Source of the DNA: Gammaproteobacteria bacterium
GTDB lineage: Bacteria > Pseudomonadota > Gammaproteobacteria > JBCCGL01
NCBI GenBank assembly: GCA_965277715.1
Contig: OZ255836.1
Location: 2,336,001-2,400,000, forward strand
DNA: 64,000 bases
Direction: 5' to 3'
The translations under genes were made by a program, and so were the position numbers. Positions within the stretch are counted from its first letter, which is position 1. Each line of letters begins with the position of its first letter. The notes beneath the pieces were generated by a model that was not told where the DNA came from, did no database searches, and saw only the letters and a program-made list of their open reading frames with translations. Shown here one piece after another: positions 20,489 to 31,274 of the stretch.

Positions 20489-21217
20489 ATGAGACCCAGT
20501 GGACGCAATAACGACCAATTACGCGCAATCAACCTGACCCGCCACTACACCAAACACGCCGAAGGCTCAGTGTTAGTGGAATTTGGCGATACCAAGGTGA
20601 TCTGCACCGCCAGTGTCGAATCGCGGGTGCCGCATTTTCTCAAGGGCAAGGGGCGTGGCTGGGTAACGGCTGAATACGGTATGTTGCCGCGCTCTACCGG
20701 CAGCCGTATGCGCCGCGAGGCAAACGCGGGCCACCAGGGTGGCCGCACCCTGGAAATTCAGCGTTTGATTGGGCGCTCGCTGCGTGCGGCTATCGACACC
20801 AATGCACTGGGAGAACACACCATCACGGTCGATTGTGATGTTATCCAGGCAGACGGCGGCACCCGCACGGCATCGATTACCGGCGGTTACCTGGCACTGT
20901 GCGATGCAGTCGATGCGCTATTGAGGAAAAAACAGATAAAGAAGAACCCTCTTCACGGCTCAGTCGCTGCCGTATCGGTGGGTATTTACAACGGTGAGCC
21001 GGTGCTTGATCTCGATTATGCCGAAGACTCACAGGCAGAAACCGATATGAACGTGGTTATGAATGAAATGGGCGGCTTTATCGAATTACAGGGCACCGCA
21101 GAGGGCCACGCGTTCAGCGGTGATGAGTTAAACCGTATGCTGGACCTGGCGCGCCAGGGGATCAGTGAGATCATCGCCCTGCAACAGGCGGCACTTGCCC
21201 CCCAGTCAATCGCTTGA
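20489..21217 (+). CDS. rph: Ribonuclease PH
   Basis: [32 protein letters not shown]. Confidence 0.98.
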   Translation: MRPSGRNNDQLRAINLTRHYTKHAEGSVLVEFGDTKVICTASVESRVPHFLKGKGRGWVTAEYGMLPRSTGSRMRREANAGHQGGRTLEIQRLIGRSLRAAIDTNALGEHTITVDCDVIQADGGTRTASITGGYLALCDAVDALLRKKQIKKNPLHGSVAAVSVGIYNGEPVLDLDYAEDSQAETDMNVVMNEMGGFIELQGTAEGHAFSGDELNRMLDLARQGISEIIALQQAALAPQSIA

Positions 21218-21813
21218 AAAACGTGAAAATCGTTCTCGCCACGGGCAATGCGGGAAAATTGCGCGAAATGCAGGCACTGTTGGCGCCGCTCTCGATGGCG
21301 GTTGTCGCGCAGTCTGAATTTAATACGGCAGATGCCATTGAAGACGGATTAAGCTTCGTCGAAAACGCGATTATCAAGGCGCGCAATGCAGCGGCCCACA
21401 GTGGCCTGCCCGCTATCGCCGACGACTCAGGCCTGGAGGTGGATGTTCTACAGGGGGCGCCGGGCATCCACTCGGCGCGCTTTGCCGGTGAACACGGCAA
21501 CGATGCCGCCAATAACAGCAAACTGTTGATTGAACTGGCAGGTTTTCAGGGTGCGCAGCGCCGTGCGCGGTTTCGCTGCGTCATGGTATTTATGCGCCAC
21601 GCATACGATCCATCCCCGCTCATCAGCGAAGGCAGTTGGGAAGGGCGCATCCTCGACCAGGCTGACGGTGAAAACGGCTTTGGCTACGATCCATTATTTT
21701 ACGTTCCCGAGCGCGACTGCAGCGCAGCCCGCCTAACCCCGGAACAAAAAAACACCCTAAGCCACCGTGGCAAAGCCGCCCAGGCCCTGCTAAAAAAAAT
21801 AAAACACGTATAA
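21214..21813 (+). CDS. rdgB: dITP/XTP pyrophosphatase
   Basis: [28 protein letters not shown]; follows rph. Confidence 0.97.
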   Translation: MKNVKIVLATGNAGKLREMQALLAPLSMAVVAQSEFNTADAIEDGLSFVENAIIKARNAAAHSGLPAIADDSGLEVDVLQGAPGIHSARFAGEHGNDAANNSKLLIELAGFQGAQRRARFRCVMVFMRHAYDPSPLISEGSWEGRILDQADGENGFGYDPLFYVPERDCSAARLTPEQKNTLSHRGKAAQALLKKIKHV

Positions 21814-21821
21814 AGCGCACT

Positions 21822-22571
21822 TCACCCTTCAAACTCAGCCCAGCCAGGAATAAAGCAATCGGCCTCACGCAGCGCCTGACGGCGCGTTTCAGTGGCTGGA
21901 TCAAACGATTCCAGCAATGCCCAAAACCCTGCCGAGTGATCCATATAGCGCGCATGACACAGCTCGTGCAGCAGTACGTGCTCAACCAGCTCAGGGGGCA
22001 AAAACAGCAATTTATAGTTTAGGTTGACCGTTCCCGCGTGCGAATAGCTGCCCCAGCGGGTGCGTTGCCCACGCACGCACAATTTCGAATAAGGAAGCCT
22101 GGTCGATGCGCTTAAACGGGTGAGTTGTTGGGAAAAAAACGGGCGCGCGCGCTGCTTGAGATAGCGGCGCAAAATATCAAAAACGGTGTGCTCTGCCGAC
22201 ACCGGGTAGTCGATGAAAAGCGTATCTCCCTCACCCCGTAAGTGGGCCTTATCCATCGATCCGGCGGTACAGTGAATGGTCAGGCACGCACCCATAGCAC
22301 GCAACGCCATCGAGGTGGGCAGCGGCGGCACTGACAAGCCGGAAAATTCACCGAACTGCCTACGTACCTGCGCGACTGCCTTATCGATCCAATCCCGCTG
22401 CTCGTGCAGTAACTTATCGATCCGACGCTGGCTAAAGCGACGGGGAACAACCACCTCCAAGCCGCGCCGGGAGATATTCAGCCGGGCATATTTCGCCCGG
22501 CTGGAAACGCGGACAAAAACCGGTGCATCAATACCCGGTAGATGATCGTCAGATATTAGGATTGTTGCCAA
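21822..22571 (-). CDS. M48/YgjP-like (DUF45) metallopeptidase family protein
   Basis: QRTRWGS, HVLLHELCH...HSAGFW. Confidence 0.88.
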   Translation of the reverse strand: MATILISDDHLPGIDAPVFVRVSSRAKYARLNISRRGLEVVVPRRFSQRRIDKLLHEQRDWIDKAVAQVRRQFGEFSGLSVPPLPTSMALRAMGACLTIHCTAGSMDKAHLRGEGDTLFIDYPVSAEHTVFDILRRYLKQRARPFFSQQLTRLSASTRLPYSKLCVRGQRTRWGSYSHAGTVNLNYKLLFLPPELVEHVLLHELCHARYMDHSAGFWALLESFDPATETRRQALREADCFIPGWAEFEG

Positions 22572-22767
22572 ACCCCGGATCGCGCCATGAATAGCTCGCC
22601 GACACTGATCGGCCCGTTGCCCCCCGATGGCAGCGTTATCAGTGCCAGGCCATAACTGAGCGTTTTACCGATGCCGGTGGTCAGCATAAGGCGTTAATAA
22701 GCCAACCAGACAAAACCCAACATGGGCATAAATCGAAACACAGCCATTCCCCTCCCCGTTTTATTAT

Positions 22768-22804
22768 CCTAAATTCCTCAGTTGAATCTACTGCGGAATT
22801 TAGG
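22768..22804. repeat. Collapsed 37-bp copy of MITE family A
   Basis: CCTAAATTCCTCAGTTGAATCTACTGCGGAATTTAGG has the same termini as 37260-37433. Confidence 0.8.
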
Positions 22805-22945
22805 ATTATCGATTAACCCACCTATGTTAGCGCACTTGGGTGGGTGTCTGAGTACAAATAACCACCGAATTATTGGTTGGATTCAACACTTTCCATCGTT
22901 TAAAGATATAATCTCTAGATAGCTCACAACAGGTTAGCCGTTACT

Positions 22946-23605
22946 ATGAACCTCGATCAGGCCCGCGACAATATGATTGAACAGCAGATCCGCCCGTGGA
23001 ATGTGCTCGATCAGAAAGTACTCGATGTAATGGCCGATATACCGCGTGATCAGTTTGTCGAAGCGCAACACGCCAACCTCGCCTACACAGATACCGCTAT
23101 CACTCTGGGGCATGGGCAGGCCATGCTCAACCCCAATGTCGAGGGGCGCCTGTTGCAGGCACTCGCATTGCAGGGAGGGGAATCGGTACTGCATATCGGC
23201 ACGGGCAGCGCCTACCTCACGGCGTGTCTGGCAAAGCTAAGCCACAGCGTGCTCAGTGTCGATATAGTCGATGCCTTTACGCAAACCGCTGCCCAGCGGC
23301 TGGCCGCGCTGTCAATTGGCAATGTCACCCTGGAAACGGGTAACGCCTGTGAAAGCTGGGCGCCCGGATCACGCTTCGATGCCATCGTTATCTCGGGTGC
23401 AGTGCCGTCAGTGCCCGCTCTCTATCGACAGCAACTGACCATCGGTGGTCGTTTGTTTGCCATTGTTGGGGATAAGCGGCAGCCCATCATGGAAGCCGTG
23501 CTGGTCACCCGCACAAGCCAGGATCAATGGCACACGGAAAGCCTGTTTGAAACCCGCACCAGTTGCCTGGAAAATACCGCCGAACCAGACCGATTTGTTT
23601 TCTAA
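22946..23605 (+). CDS. pcm: Protein-L-isoaspartate O-methyltransferase family protein
   Basis: ARDNMIEQQIRPW, VLHIGTGSAY; upstream of tolC. Confidence 0.9.
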   Translation: MNLDQARDNMIEQQIRPWNVLDQKVLDVMADIPRDQFVEAQHANLAYTDTAITLGHGQAMLNPNVEGRLLQALALQGGESVLHIGTGSAYLTACLAKLSHSVLSVDIVDAFTQTAAQRLAALSIGNVTLETGNACESWAPGSRFDAIVISGAVPSVPALYRQQLTIGGRLFAIVGDKRQPIMEAVLVTRTSQDQWHTESLFETRTSCLENTAEPDRFVF

Positions 23606-23701
23606 CCCCAATACAGGATGTGACTCCCCCTGGCACTTACCATAGCAATAGATAGCGCGATACAGGCTCTCCTTCTCCACGGACTCAATCAGGATACTTT
23701 A

Positions 23702-25012
23702 ATGTCATCACCCCTTTCTCATACACTCCTTTCTCTGGCATTGTTAACAGTTATTGGCACCACGGCCCATGCCGACTCAACAACCCATGACTTATTGGCA
23801 ACCTATCGTGCGGCCCTGCAAAACGATCCCGTTTTTCTGGCGGCTGAATACCAACAGTTAGCAGCGATTGAAGCCCGCCCCCAGGCCCGCGCCGTCTTAC
23901 TGCCACAAATCAACCTGACTGCCAACGCCGCCCGCACCAATAATGACAATGATCAATTCGATAGCTTTACCAGTAGCGAACTGAACCTCAGGCTGACGCA
24001 AACCCTCTACAGACGGTCAAATTACATCACTTTGTCTCGGGCAGAACTACAGGTTGAACAGGCTAAAGCCACGTATATTGTGGCCCGGCAGTCATTGTTA
24101 TTGCGCAGTGCAGAGGGCTATTTCGCGTTACTCGCCGCACAGGACAACCTCGATTTCACCCGCTCAGACAAAGAGGCTATCCAGCGTCAGCTTGAACAGG
24201 CAGAGCGCCGTTTCGAGGTGGGCCTGATTGCCATCACCGATGTCAAAGAGGCGAAATCACAGTACGATCTTGCCGTAGCGCAGGAAATTGCGGCCGACAA
24301 CCAACTGGCCACTGCCCGCGAAGCACTGCGGGTGCTCACCGGGCACTACCCACAGGCGTGGTCCCGCCTGGATGAGGCATCGCCCCTGATCGCCCCCGAC
24401 CCGAATAATATCGAGCACTGGGTGGACCTGGCTAAACAAAGCAGTCCACAATTATTAGTGGCACAACTGGCCAGCGAAATTGCCAAAAAATCGATTGCGC
24501 TGGAGCGTGCGGCACACCTGCCGAACACCGAACTGGTTGGCAGCTACACCAATAGCAACAGCGATGGTTTAACGGGCGATGCCGAAACCACGCAACTGCG
24601 CATACAAGTCAGCATACCACTCTATACGGGCGGGCTTATCAGCTCGCGGGTGCGCCAGGCGAATGCCAGCTTCGAGCTGTCCCGCCAGCAATTCGATAGC
24701 CAACGGCGCACCACCGAACAACAAACCCGCGATGCCTACCGCAGTGTGCTGGCCGATATAAGCCGGGTTCGCGCCTTGCAACAGGCACTGATTTCCACAC
24801 AAAGCGGTGCCGAGGCCACCCAAGCGGGGTTTGATGTCGGCACCCGTACCGCCGTTGAAGTACTGAGCGCATTGCAGGAAACCTACCGTGCGCAAGCCAA
24901 CTATCTCAGGGCGCGTTATGACTTTATCCTCAACACACTCCGGTTGAAACAGGCGGCAGGTACACTCGTTGCCGCCGATATCGAACAGGTTAACAACTGG
25001 CTGGTTCAATGA
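23702..25012 (+). CDS. tolC: TolC family outer membrane channel
   Basis: Signal peptide; LLPQINL, RFEVGLIAITDV, GFDVGTRT, LKQAAGTL. Confidence 0.93.
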   Translation: MSSPLSHTLLSLALLTVIGTTAHADSTTHDLLATYRAALQNDPVFLAAEYQQLAAIEARPQARAVLLPQINLTANAARTNNDNDQFDSFTSSELNLRLTQTLYRRSNYITLSRAELQVEQAKATYIVARQSLLLRSAEGYFALLAAQDNLDFTRSDKEAIQRQLEQAERRFEVGLIAITDVKEAKSQYDLAVAQEIAADNQLATAREALRVLTGHYPQAWSRLDEASPLIAPDPNNIEHWVDLAKQSSPQLLVAQLASEIAKKSIALERAAHLPNTELVGSYTNSNSDGLTGDAETTQLRIQVSIPLYTGGLISSRVRQANASFELSRQQFDSQRRTTEQQTRDAYRSVLADISRVRALQQALISTQSGAEATQAGFDVGTRTAVEVLSALQETYRAQANYLRARYDFILNTLRLKQAAGTLVAADIEQVNNWLVQ

Positions 25013-25584
25013 AACCAGCCCGTACCGGCTTGTGCCGGGCTGAAGATTCACGGCTGGTAGTGATCGATATACAGACCCGCTTAATGGCGGCAATGCCCGC
25101 TGAAAGCGGTGCCACAACAATCGATAGCGTCAACCGGCTGATGGATGCAGCGGCACTGCTGGAAATCCCCACAGTGATAAGTGAGCATTGCCCCGATAGC
25201 CTTGGCCACACCGAACCCGCCGTATTAGCGCACTGCCCACCCACGTGTGATCGCATCGAAAAAACCGCTTTCCCGTTGCCGGGGGTCGCTGCATTTGACA
25301 CATTACTATCGATGACTGACCGCCACCAGGTGGTTATCTGTGGCGCTGAAACGCATGTGTGTGTATTGCAGAGCGCATTGCAACTGCAGCATAACGGGTT
25401 CGAGGTGTTTGTCGTGGCTGATGCCGTGTGCTCGCGCCACCCCTGCCAATACGACAATGCACTGGCCCGCCTGAGTGCAGCGGGGGTCAGTATCAGCCAC
25501 AGTGAATCTGTTATCTTTGAATGGGTGGGTGATGCCACACACCCGGCGTTTCGGGATGTTTTAGCACTGATCCGTCACACTTAA
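25009..25584 (+). CDS. Isochorismatase family hydrolase
   Basis: VIDIQ, GAETHVCVLQSA. Confidence 0.88.
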   Translation: MKPARTGLCRAEDSRLVVIDIQTRLMAAMPAESGATTIDSVNRLMDAAALLEIPTVISEHCPDSLGHTEPAVLAHCPPTCDRIEKTAFPLPGVAAFDTLLSMTDRHQVVICGAETHVCVLQSALQLQHNGFEVFVVADAVCSRHPCQYDNALARLSAAGVSISHSESVIFEWVGDATHPAFRDVLALIRHT

Positions 25585-25599
25585 GCCTAAATACCGCTT

Positions 25600-26529
25600 A
25601 TGCCCGCTTCACAACCACCCTTTTACCCCTATCGCTACCTCACACCACGCTTTTGGCCAACCTGGCTATTATTTGGCGGGTTGTGGTTAGCCTCCCGCCT
25701 GCCCCTGCCGCAACAACTGCGCCTGGGGCGCTGGCTCGGTGACACCTTGTACCGCCTGCACCGCAAGCGGCGCGCTATTGTACGCATCAACCTCGATCTG
25801 TGTTTCCCGGAAAAAACCACGGATGAAAAGCGTGCGTTGGCACGCGAGGCGTTTCGCTGCTTCGGTATGAGCGTGTTTGAAATGGCCTCACTGTGGTTTC
25901 GCCCACCCGGTTTCTTGCTGCGCCACTGCACCATTGAGGGCATACAACACCTACAGACAGCCCGTAAAAATGGCGTTGGCGTGATTCTGTTGCAGGCACA
26001 CTTCACCACACTGGAACTCGGCGCTAACCTGATTGCCTGTAAAATGCCAATGGATGCCAACTACGACCCCCCCAGAAACCCACTATTTGCCGCTTTTCTA
26101 CTCAATCGGCGCAATACCTGTTTTGAAAACATGATCGACAACCGCAGCATTCGACACATGGTGCGCCGTTTGCGCGAGGGTGCTTGTGTCTGGTATTCAC
26201 CAGACCAGCACGTAGGGTTCAATAGCGGTGGAATGGCCACTACATTCTTTGCACAGAAAGTGCTAACGGCCAACGCGGCGGCACGTATGGCAAAACTGAC
26301 AGGCGCCAGAGTAATCCCTTATCTCCCCACCCGGATTGGCACCGGCTGCCGGTATCGCCTACAGATATTTCCGCCACTGGCGCACTTCCCCGGCACCTCA
26401 CTTATTGACGACACCCAGCGCATTAACGACACATTTGAGGCACATATTCGCCAGCACCCGGAACAATACTTTTGGCTGCATAAACGCTTTAAGCGCTTTG
26501 ATACCTCACGCGGTGACTGGTATACATGA
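25600..26529 (+). CDS. lpxL: Lipid A lauroyl/palmitoleoyl acyltransferase
   Basis: AHFTTLE, WYSPDQ, PEQYFWLHKRFK. Confidence 0.9.
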   Translation: MPASQPPFYPYRYLTPRFWPTWLLFGGLWLASRLPLPQQLRLGRWLGDTLYRLHRKRRAIVRINLDLCFPEKTTDEKRALAREAFRCFGMSVFEMASLWFRPPGFLLRHCTIEGIQHLQTARKNGVGVILLQAHFTTLELGANLIACKMPMDANYDPPRNPLFAAFLLNRRNTCFENMIDNRSIRHMVRRLREGACVWYSPDQHVGFNSGGMATTFFAQKVLTANAAARMAKLTGARVIPYLPTRIGTGCRYRLQIFPPLAHFPGTSLIDDTQRINDTFEAHIRQHPEQYFWLHKRFKRFDTSRGDWYT

Positions 26530-27785
26530 CCACTCTCAAGCCACCTCCTGGCTATCGATTGCGGCTGGCCTTATTGATGCCTGCCTTGCTGGTATACACC
26601 GCCTGGCAGGCAATAAAGGGGAAAAGCACGCGCTACCTATTACAGCGCCTGGGGTTAACCTGCCCGGTATTGCAGCAAAGCCTATGGATACACTGCGCCT
26701 CCGTCGGTGAACTGAATACAGCGCTACCGTTGATTGCGCCACTGCAACAACGCCACCCCAATACACCTGTACTGCTCACCACCACCACCGCGACCGGCGC
26801 GGCAGTGTTCCAGCGGCAGACACTGGCCGGTGTGACACATTGCTACCTGCCGCTGGATGCCCCATCGATGGTGGAGCGCCTGCTAATGGCGGCCAACCCC
26901 CGTATTGCCATCATCATGGAAACCGAGCTATGGCCAAACCTGTTTTCTGCGGTACGCAGCCGGGGCATTCCCCTACTTATCGCCAATGCGCGTTTGTCGT
27001 CCCGCACCCTGCGGGCAGGCCAGTGGCTACAATCGGCCTACCGTCACTGCCTGACTAACACCACAGCCATACTCGCACGCAGCGAGACCGACGCCAGTCG
27101 ATACCGTCAGCTTGGCGCCAGGCAGGATACAATAGAAGTGATTGGTAACCTCAAATTTGCGCCACCACTGGCAGGGGTATCAGAGGCACGTGACCTGATC
27201 GGTCAACCGTATGTACTGGCCGCATCGACCCACCACGATGAAGAGCGGCAACTGATCGACGCCTGGATACCGTTAGCGCTCAACGACACCCTGCTGGTTA
27301 TCGCCCCGCGCCACCCACACAGAGGCGTTTCAATCGCCAAACACCTGCGTGCAATGGGCATACCGCTCGCGTGTCGCAGCCGGGGGGAGCCGATCACCCC
27401 GGATACGCGGGTCTACCTCGCCGACACACTCGGTGAATTGCAGCACCTGATTGCCCATGCCCGCTGGGTGTTTATCGGGGGGTCATTGATCCCACGTGGG
27501 GGGCACAACCTACTGGAACCTGCACGGGCCTGCAAGGCCGTGCTCTGCGGGCCACATATGGAGAATTTTAAAGATGAAACACAGGCAATGATTACAGCAG
27601 GTGGTGCCATTCAATTACAGCACACCCACCAACTCAGCCAGGAAATACTGCGATTAACAAAAGACCCACAAACATGCCAGACAATGGGCAACGCCGCTGC
27701 CAGCCTCTTACAGATCCAGGAAACAATAGCATTGCGTTACACCCAGGCCATTGAGCAAAAAATGCCTGACCATATAAACCACTAG
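26526..27785 (+). CDS. waaA: Kdo transferase
   Basis: WIHCASVGE, ETELWPN, APRHP, GGHNLLEP. Confidence 0.96.
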   Translation: MTTLKPPPGYRLRLALLMPALLVYTAWQAIKGKSTRYLLQRLGLTCPVLQQSLWIHCASVGELNTALPLIAPLQQRHPNTPVLLTTTTATGAAVFQRQTLAGVTHCYLPLDAPSMVERLLMAANPRIAIIMETELWPNLFSAVRSRGIPLLIANARLSSRTLRAGQWLQSAYRHCLTNTTAILARSETDASRYRQLGARQDTIEVIGNLKFAPPLAGVSEARDLIGQPYVLAASTHHDEERQLIDAWIPLALNDTLLVIAPRHPHRGVSIAKHLRAMGIPLACRSRGEPITPDTRVYLADTLGELQHLIAHARWVFIGGSLIPRGGHNLLEPARACKAVLCGPHMENFKDETQAMITAGGAIQLQHTHQLSQEILRLTKDPQTCQTMGNAAASLLQIQETIALRYTQAIEQKMPDHINH

Positions 27786-27885
27786 CACAATTCATGAGTG
27801 ATTTATTTCACCCGGACGTATCCACGGCGTTTATCCTTTCGGTAAAGTGCGACCATAAGATCTTACAAAAATGCGATACGTATTC

Positions 27886-28806
27886 TTAATTCGAGTTTTT
27901 AATTCGCCCTAAATCCCGACTGAATTTTGACTCAGAAATACCTAGCCATCTGGCTGCCTCAGATTGTTTCAGGAAAACCTGACTTGCCATCAGAATGAGT
28001 TGATCTTGAAACTCCTTCTTTAGGAGTTTGCAATCAATGGGGACATCAGTATCAATATGTATAAAGCGCCGGTTCAAATAGCGAAGAGCTTTTGCCTTTT
28101 GAGTCCAGGGCAAATAAGCCCGAATATCGAGCACACTGTCGGGTTGTATGCACTCTGTGACGGTTAGTAGGAGAATGGATAGTACTAACGGTACGACAGC
28201 CATAGCATTAATACCCAGACCAAGTCGCATACAGACCATGATAATCAGTGTGGTTATCGATGTAATCAAAGCGCCCGATAAAATATTGGCGCATTTGGCG
28301 CGTTCTATTTCACTGTTGCTTTGGCGGTAAATTATTGAAGGTATTGCCACGATTGTAACGAGCATCCCTATAATTAGTAAGCTAAAGACAAAGTAATAGG
28401 GACCCGGAATACGGGTAATAATATCGCCAATCACTTTGGCATCCAGTACGATATAGTCTGTCATCGCACAGTAGATAGCCAATACTATGGCCACCAAAAG
28501 CGAGGTATAAAAAGAGATTGCCGGGTAGCTTTGCTTAATGGCTACAAAACAAATATTAGGCAGCAACGCAACGTACATGACGATGAGCACGTAATAACTT
28601 TTTAAGATGGTTTTTGTATCGTGATCAGTGGGGTTTTGGGCGGCGTAGAACATATACGCTTCGAGTACTGCCTGTCCGAATGACCACGCTAGTAATAGCG
28701 CGCACATAGACTTTGCAGTGGATGGGCGGCTCAGATAGAGCCGCCGCGCCGCATAACATTTTATGCAGACTGACAAAAGTAACACTGTCAAATAGGCATA
28801 AAGCAT
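27886..28806 (-). CDS. Polytopic (about 7 TM) membrane protein with C-terminal helix-turn-helix; putative one-component regulator
   Basis: Hydrophobic helices over ~215 aa with a PGPYY motif resembling HisKA_7TM; QSEAARWLGISESKFSR at the C-terminus; no kinase domain. Confidence 0.7.
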   Translation of the reverse strand: MLYAYLTVLLLSVCIKCYAARRLYLSRPSTAKSMCALLLAWSFGQAVLEAYMFYAAQNPTDHDTKTILKSYYVLIVMYVALLPNICFVAIKQSYPAISFYTSLLVAIVLAIYCAMTDYIVLDAKVIGDIITRIPGPYYFVFSLLIIGMLVTIVAIPSIIYRQSNSEIERAKCANILSGALITSITTLIIMVCMRLGLGINAMAVVPLVLSILLLTVTECIQPDSVLDIRAYLPWTQKAKALRYLNRRFIHIDTDVPIDCKLLKKEFQDQLILMASQVFLKQSEAARWLGISESKFSRDLGRIKNSN

Positions 28807-28817
28807 TTACCATGTAC

Positions 28818-29822
28818 TCATAAAACGACGCCTATCTGTGTCACCGATAGCCCACTGCCGGTCAGGGCTACAAAAACTTTGCTGCTTGCCTTTGCCATGC
28901 CGTAATCAATCGCTTGGCAAATATTGGCAGCAAAAGTACCAGAGGTTAAATTGCCATAATGGTGATAGGTTTGCGTCATCTTGGTTTGATCCAAGCCAAA
29001 GGTTTCACGTAAGCGTTGAAACGGTCGTTGGCCTACTTGGTGGGTAATGCAAATATCGATATCATCGGGAGACCAATCCAAATCATCCAGGGTATTGTGA
29101 TAAATACTTTTATGCATAGCAATAATTTCGCGTGATATACGGCCCATATACATTTTGCCGTCAACCACATCCCCTACTATTTTGTAGTAACAAAGATCAG
29201 CATGTCGCCCAACAGACCTGCTTCTGAACGATATAATACCCTTTTGGTCTTGTGATGGCCCTAACACTACGGCACCGCCAACATCACCTACGCTAAAAGC
29301 ACCAATAGTGTTGCGAAATAGGTCAACATTATTTCTTGATAATAGCAGGTTAATCGCTGCTTTGCTTATAGAACTGGATCGCTCTCCCGTGCAAACGAGC
29401 GCGTAACGCACAGAGCCACAGGCAATCATGTCGTTGGCGACCTGGATACCCGTAGCAAACCCCAGGCAAGCGTTTGATACGTCAAAGCAAATACCTTTAA
29501 GACCCAAAGCATGTTGTACGTAGTGTGCGGTGGAGGGTTCGGCGTAATCACCCTCTATCCCGCAGAACACGATCAAATCAATATGATCGAAGTTAATATC
29601 TGTCTTGGCGAGTGCTTCATGCGATGCGACAATTGCCATATCACTGGGCTTTTCGGTATCGGCGTGGCGCACTTCGAGTATACCTAGACTGTCTTCGATA
29701 AATGTATCTGCGATACCATATTGTGTGGCATTGACTTCGCTAACCATATCACTTGGCTTGACACGGTTACTTGGCAAATAAACACCGGTGGAAAGAATTT
29801 TGCATGAGCCTTTTTGTTGCAT
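28818..29822 (-). CDS. 3-oxoacyl-ACP synthase III family (OleA/FabH-like) condensing enzyme
   Basis: EPSTA, FDVSNACLGF (catalytic Cys), THQVG (His), YGNL (Asn), GSGL. Confidence 0.9.
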   Translation of the reverse strand: MQQKGSCKILSTGVYLPSNRVKPSDMVSEVNATQYGIADTFIEDSLGILEVRHADTEKPSDMAIVASHEALAKTDINFDHIDLIVFCGIEGDYAEPSTAHYVQHALGLKGICFDVSNACLGFATGIQVANDMIACGSVRYALVCTGERSSSISKAAINLLLSRNNVDLFRNTIGAFSVGDVGGAVVLGPSQDQKGIISFRSRSVGRHADLCYYKIVGDVVDGKMYMGRISREIIAMHKSIYHNTLDDLDWSPDDIDICITHQVGQRPFQRLRETFGLDQTKMTQTYHHYGNLTSGTFAANICQAIDYGMAKASSKVFVALTGSGLSVTQIGVVL

Positions 29823-29965
29823 GGTGAAACCCTCTGTTATTGGCGAGTTTCAATGATACTCAGTCACATTCTTTCTATAATAAATGAGAACAGGCTGCCG
29901 CTAGGCTACGGCGCATGCGACCTATCTGAGGGTGGGCCGACATTCTGACGAAAAATGACGTCATT

Positions 29966-30083
29966 GAAGCACTTGTGTGTTTTGTCGCTTACAAGCGATA
30001 CTTCAAAAGGAAACCTAACGTTCCCCATCTATATGAATTTTAACGTTATTTTAGTTCTTCACCAGGCTGAAGTAGCGGTATTG
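29966..30083 (-). mobile_element. Isolated left end of the IS4 element
   Basis: Near-identical to ~12127-12243, including the terminal repeat CTGA(A)GTAGCGGTATTG. Confidence 0.9.
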
Positions 30084-30086
30084 AAC

Positions 30087-30632
30087 CTACACCGGAATCA
30101 CCTTCAGAGAAGGTTTTTCAACAGTATTCAAATACATTTTCTCTTTTTTTCCTTCCTGGTCTAACTCCAACACAAACCGATAATTGTAAATACCGGGCGG
30201 CAAATCACTCAACACCATCCCCGCCCAGTAGTAGTACACCGGCGTATAGGGTGAACGCACCCTGTCGGGGCCACCATAAATCTTGAACTCAGTCATAATC
30301 TTGACTTCCGCAACATCCTCATGGTCGCCTTTATCATCGTCAAGAAACACAATATTATTAAGCTTGGCCATAGGCGGCCAAGTACCGTCAGGCCGTTTTT
30401 CCATATCAACGGCATAAATAATAAAATTAATAATCTGCCCCTGCTTACAGACAGTTTGCAAATGACCCGTGCCCTGGCCAGTTCCGCCGACACTGTTATC
30501 CATCATATAAATACTGTTTTCAACCGTTTCAGTGGCCACCGCTTTGTCAATATCCAGCACGGTAACAATATTTAACTGGACAGAATTAAGTTGGCCTGGG
30601 TTCTGCTTTTTTATCTTGGTAGAATTTAACAT
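30087..30632 (-). CDS. AidA/PixA-like hypothetical protein, paralog 4
   Basis: VLDIDKA..IYMMDNS..GQGT..YWAGMV..GIYNY..PSL motif series shared with its three neighbours. Confidence 0.6.
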   Translation of the reverse strand: MLNSTKIKKQNPGQLNSVQLNIVTVLDIDKAVATETVENSIYMMDNSVGGTGQGTGHLQTVCKQGQIINFIIYAVDMEKRPDGTWPPMAKLNNIVFLDDDKGDHEDVAEVKIMTEFKIYGGPDRVRSPYTPVYYYWAGMVLSDLPPGIYNYRFVLELDQEGKKEKMYLNTVEKPSLKVIPV

Positions 30633-30727
30633 GATACTCTCCGTTACAGATTACGGTGAACCGTGATAGCGACTCACCTGCGTTAGCAAAAAAATAGAGA
30701 TATAAAATTGATACGCGTTTAACGTGT

Positions 30728-31159
30728 TTATGACCCTCTGCCCACAAGGGAGAAAGTCGGTGCCGAAACTATCGGTTCATCACGGGTGCCCACTTTATAA
30801 CTAATACAATAGGGAACAATATCGACAGGCTGTTTAACAATGCCGGACCAATAGGCAATATCGGTGCCTTCATAGATACTCTTTTTTACATCGCAATAAT
30901 CGCTGTCTATGACTACATCGTCGATGGCCGCGTAAGCTTCAGACTCCAGAGGCCCGACAATCCAAACCAACCTGTCGCCTTTCTCCACTACCGTTCTTAT
31001 ATGCTCAGTCCCCTGGCCTGTGGAGCCATTTACCTTATTATTGTCCGCCAGGTAAATTTGCCCACTCAGGCTATCAGTCGCCAAGGTACCCACCACATCA
31101 ATCACTGTGATTATCGTGATGGTTTTTACACTCGTTTTCTTTACTGCTTTTTTTTTCAT
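30728..31159 (-). CDS. AidA/PixA-like hypothetical protein, paralog 3
   Basis: VIDVVG..IYLADNN..GSTGQGT..GDRLVW..YWSGIV. Confidence 0.6.
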   Translation of the reverse strand: MKKKAVKKTSVKTITIITVIDVVGTLATDSLSGQIYLADNNKVNGSTGQGTEHIRTVVEKGDRLVWIVGPLESEAYAAIDDVVIDSDYCDVKKSIYEGTDIAYWSGIVKQPVDIVPYCISYKVGTRDEPIVSAPTFSLVGRGS

Positions 31160-31274
31160 GATCGTTTCTCCAATAATATTTATTACAATTCACCCCATAA
31201 AACAGACGTTTGTATCTCATCAAAAGGGATAATGGGGATGGGTCACTATGTGTGTTTTACCGTTGAGGACTTGC

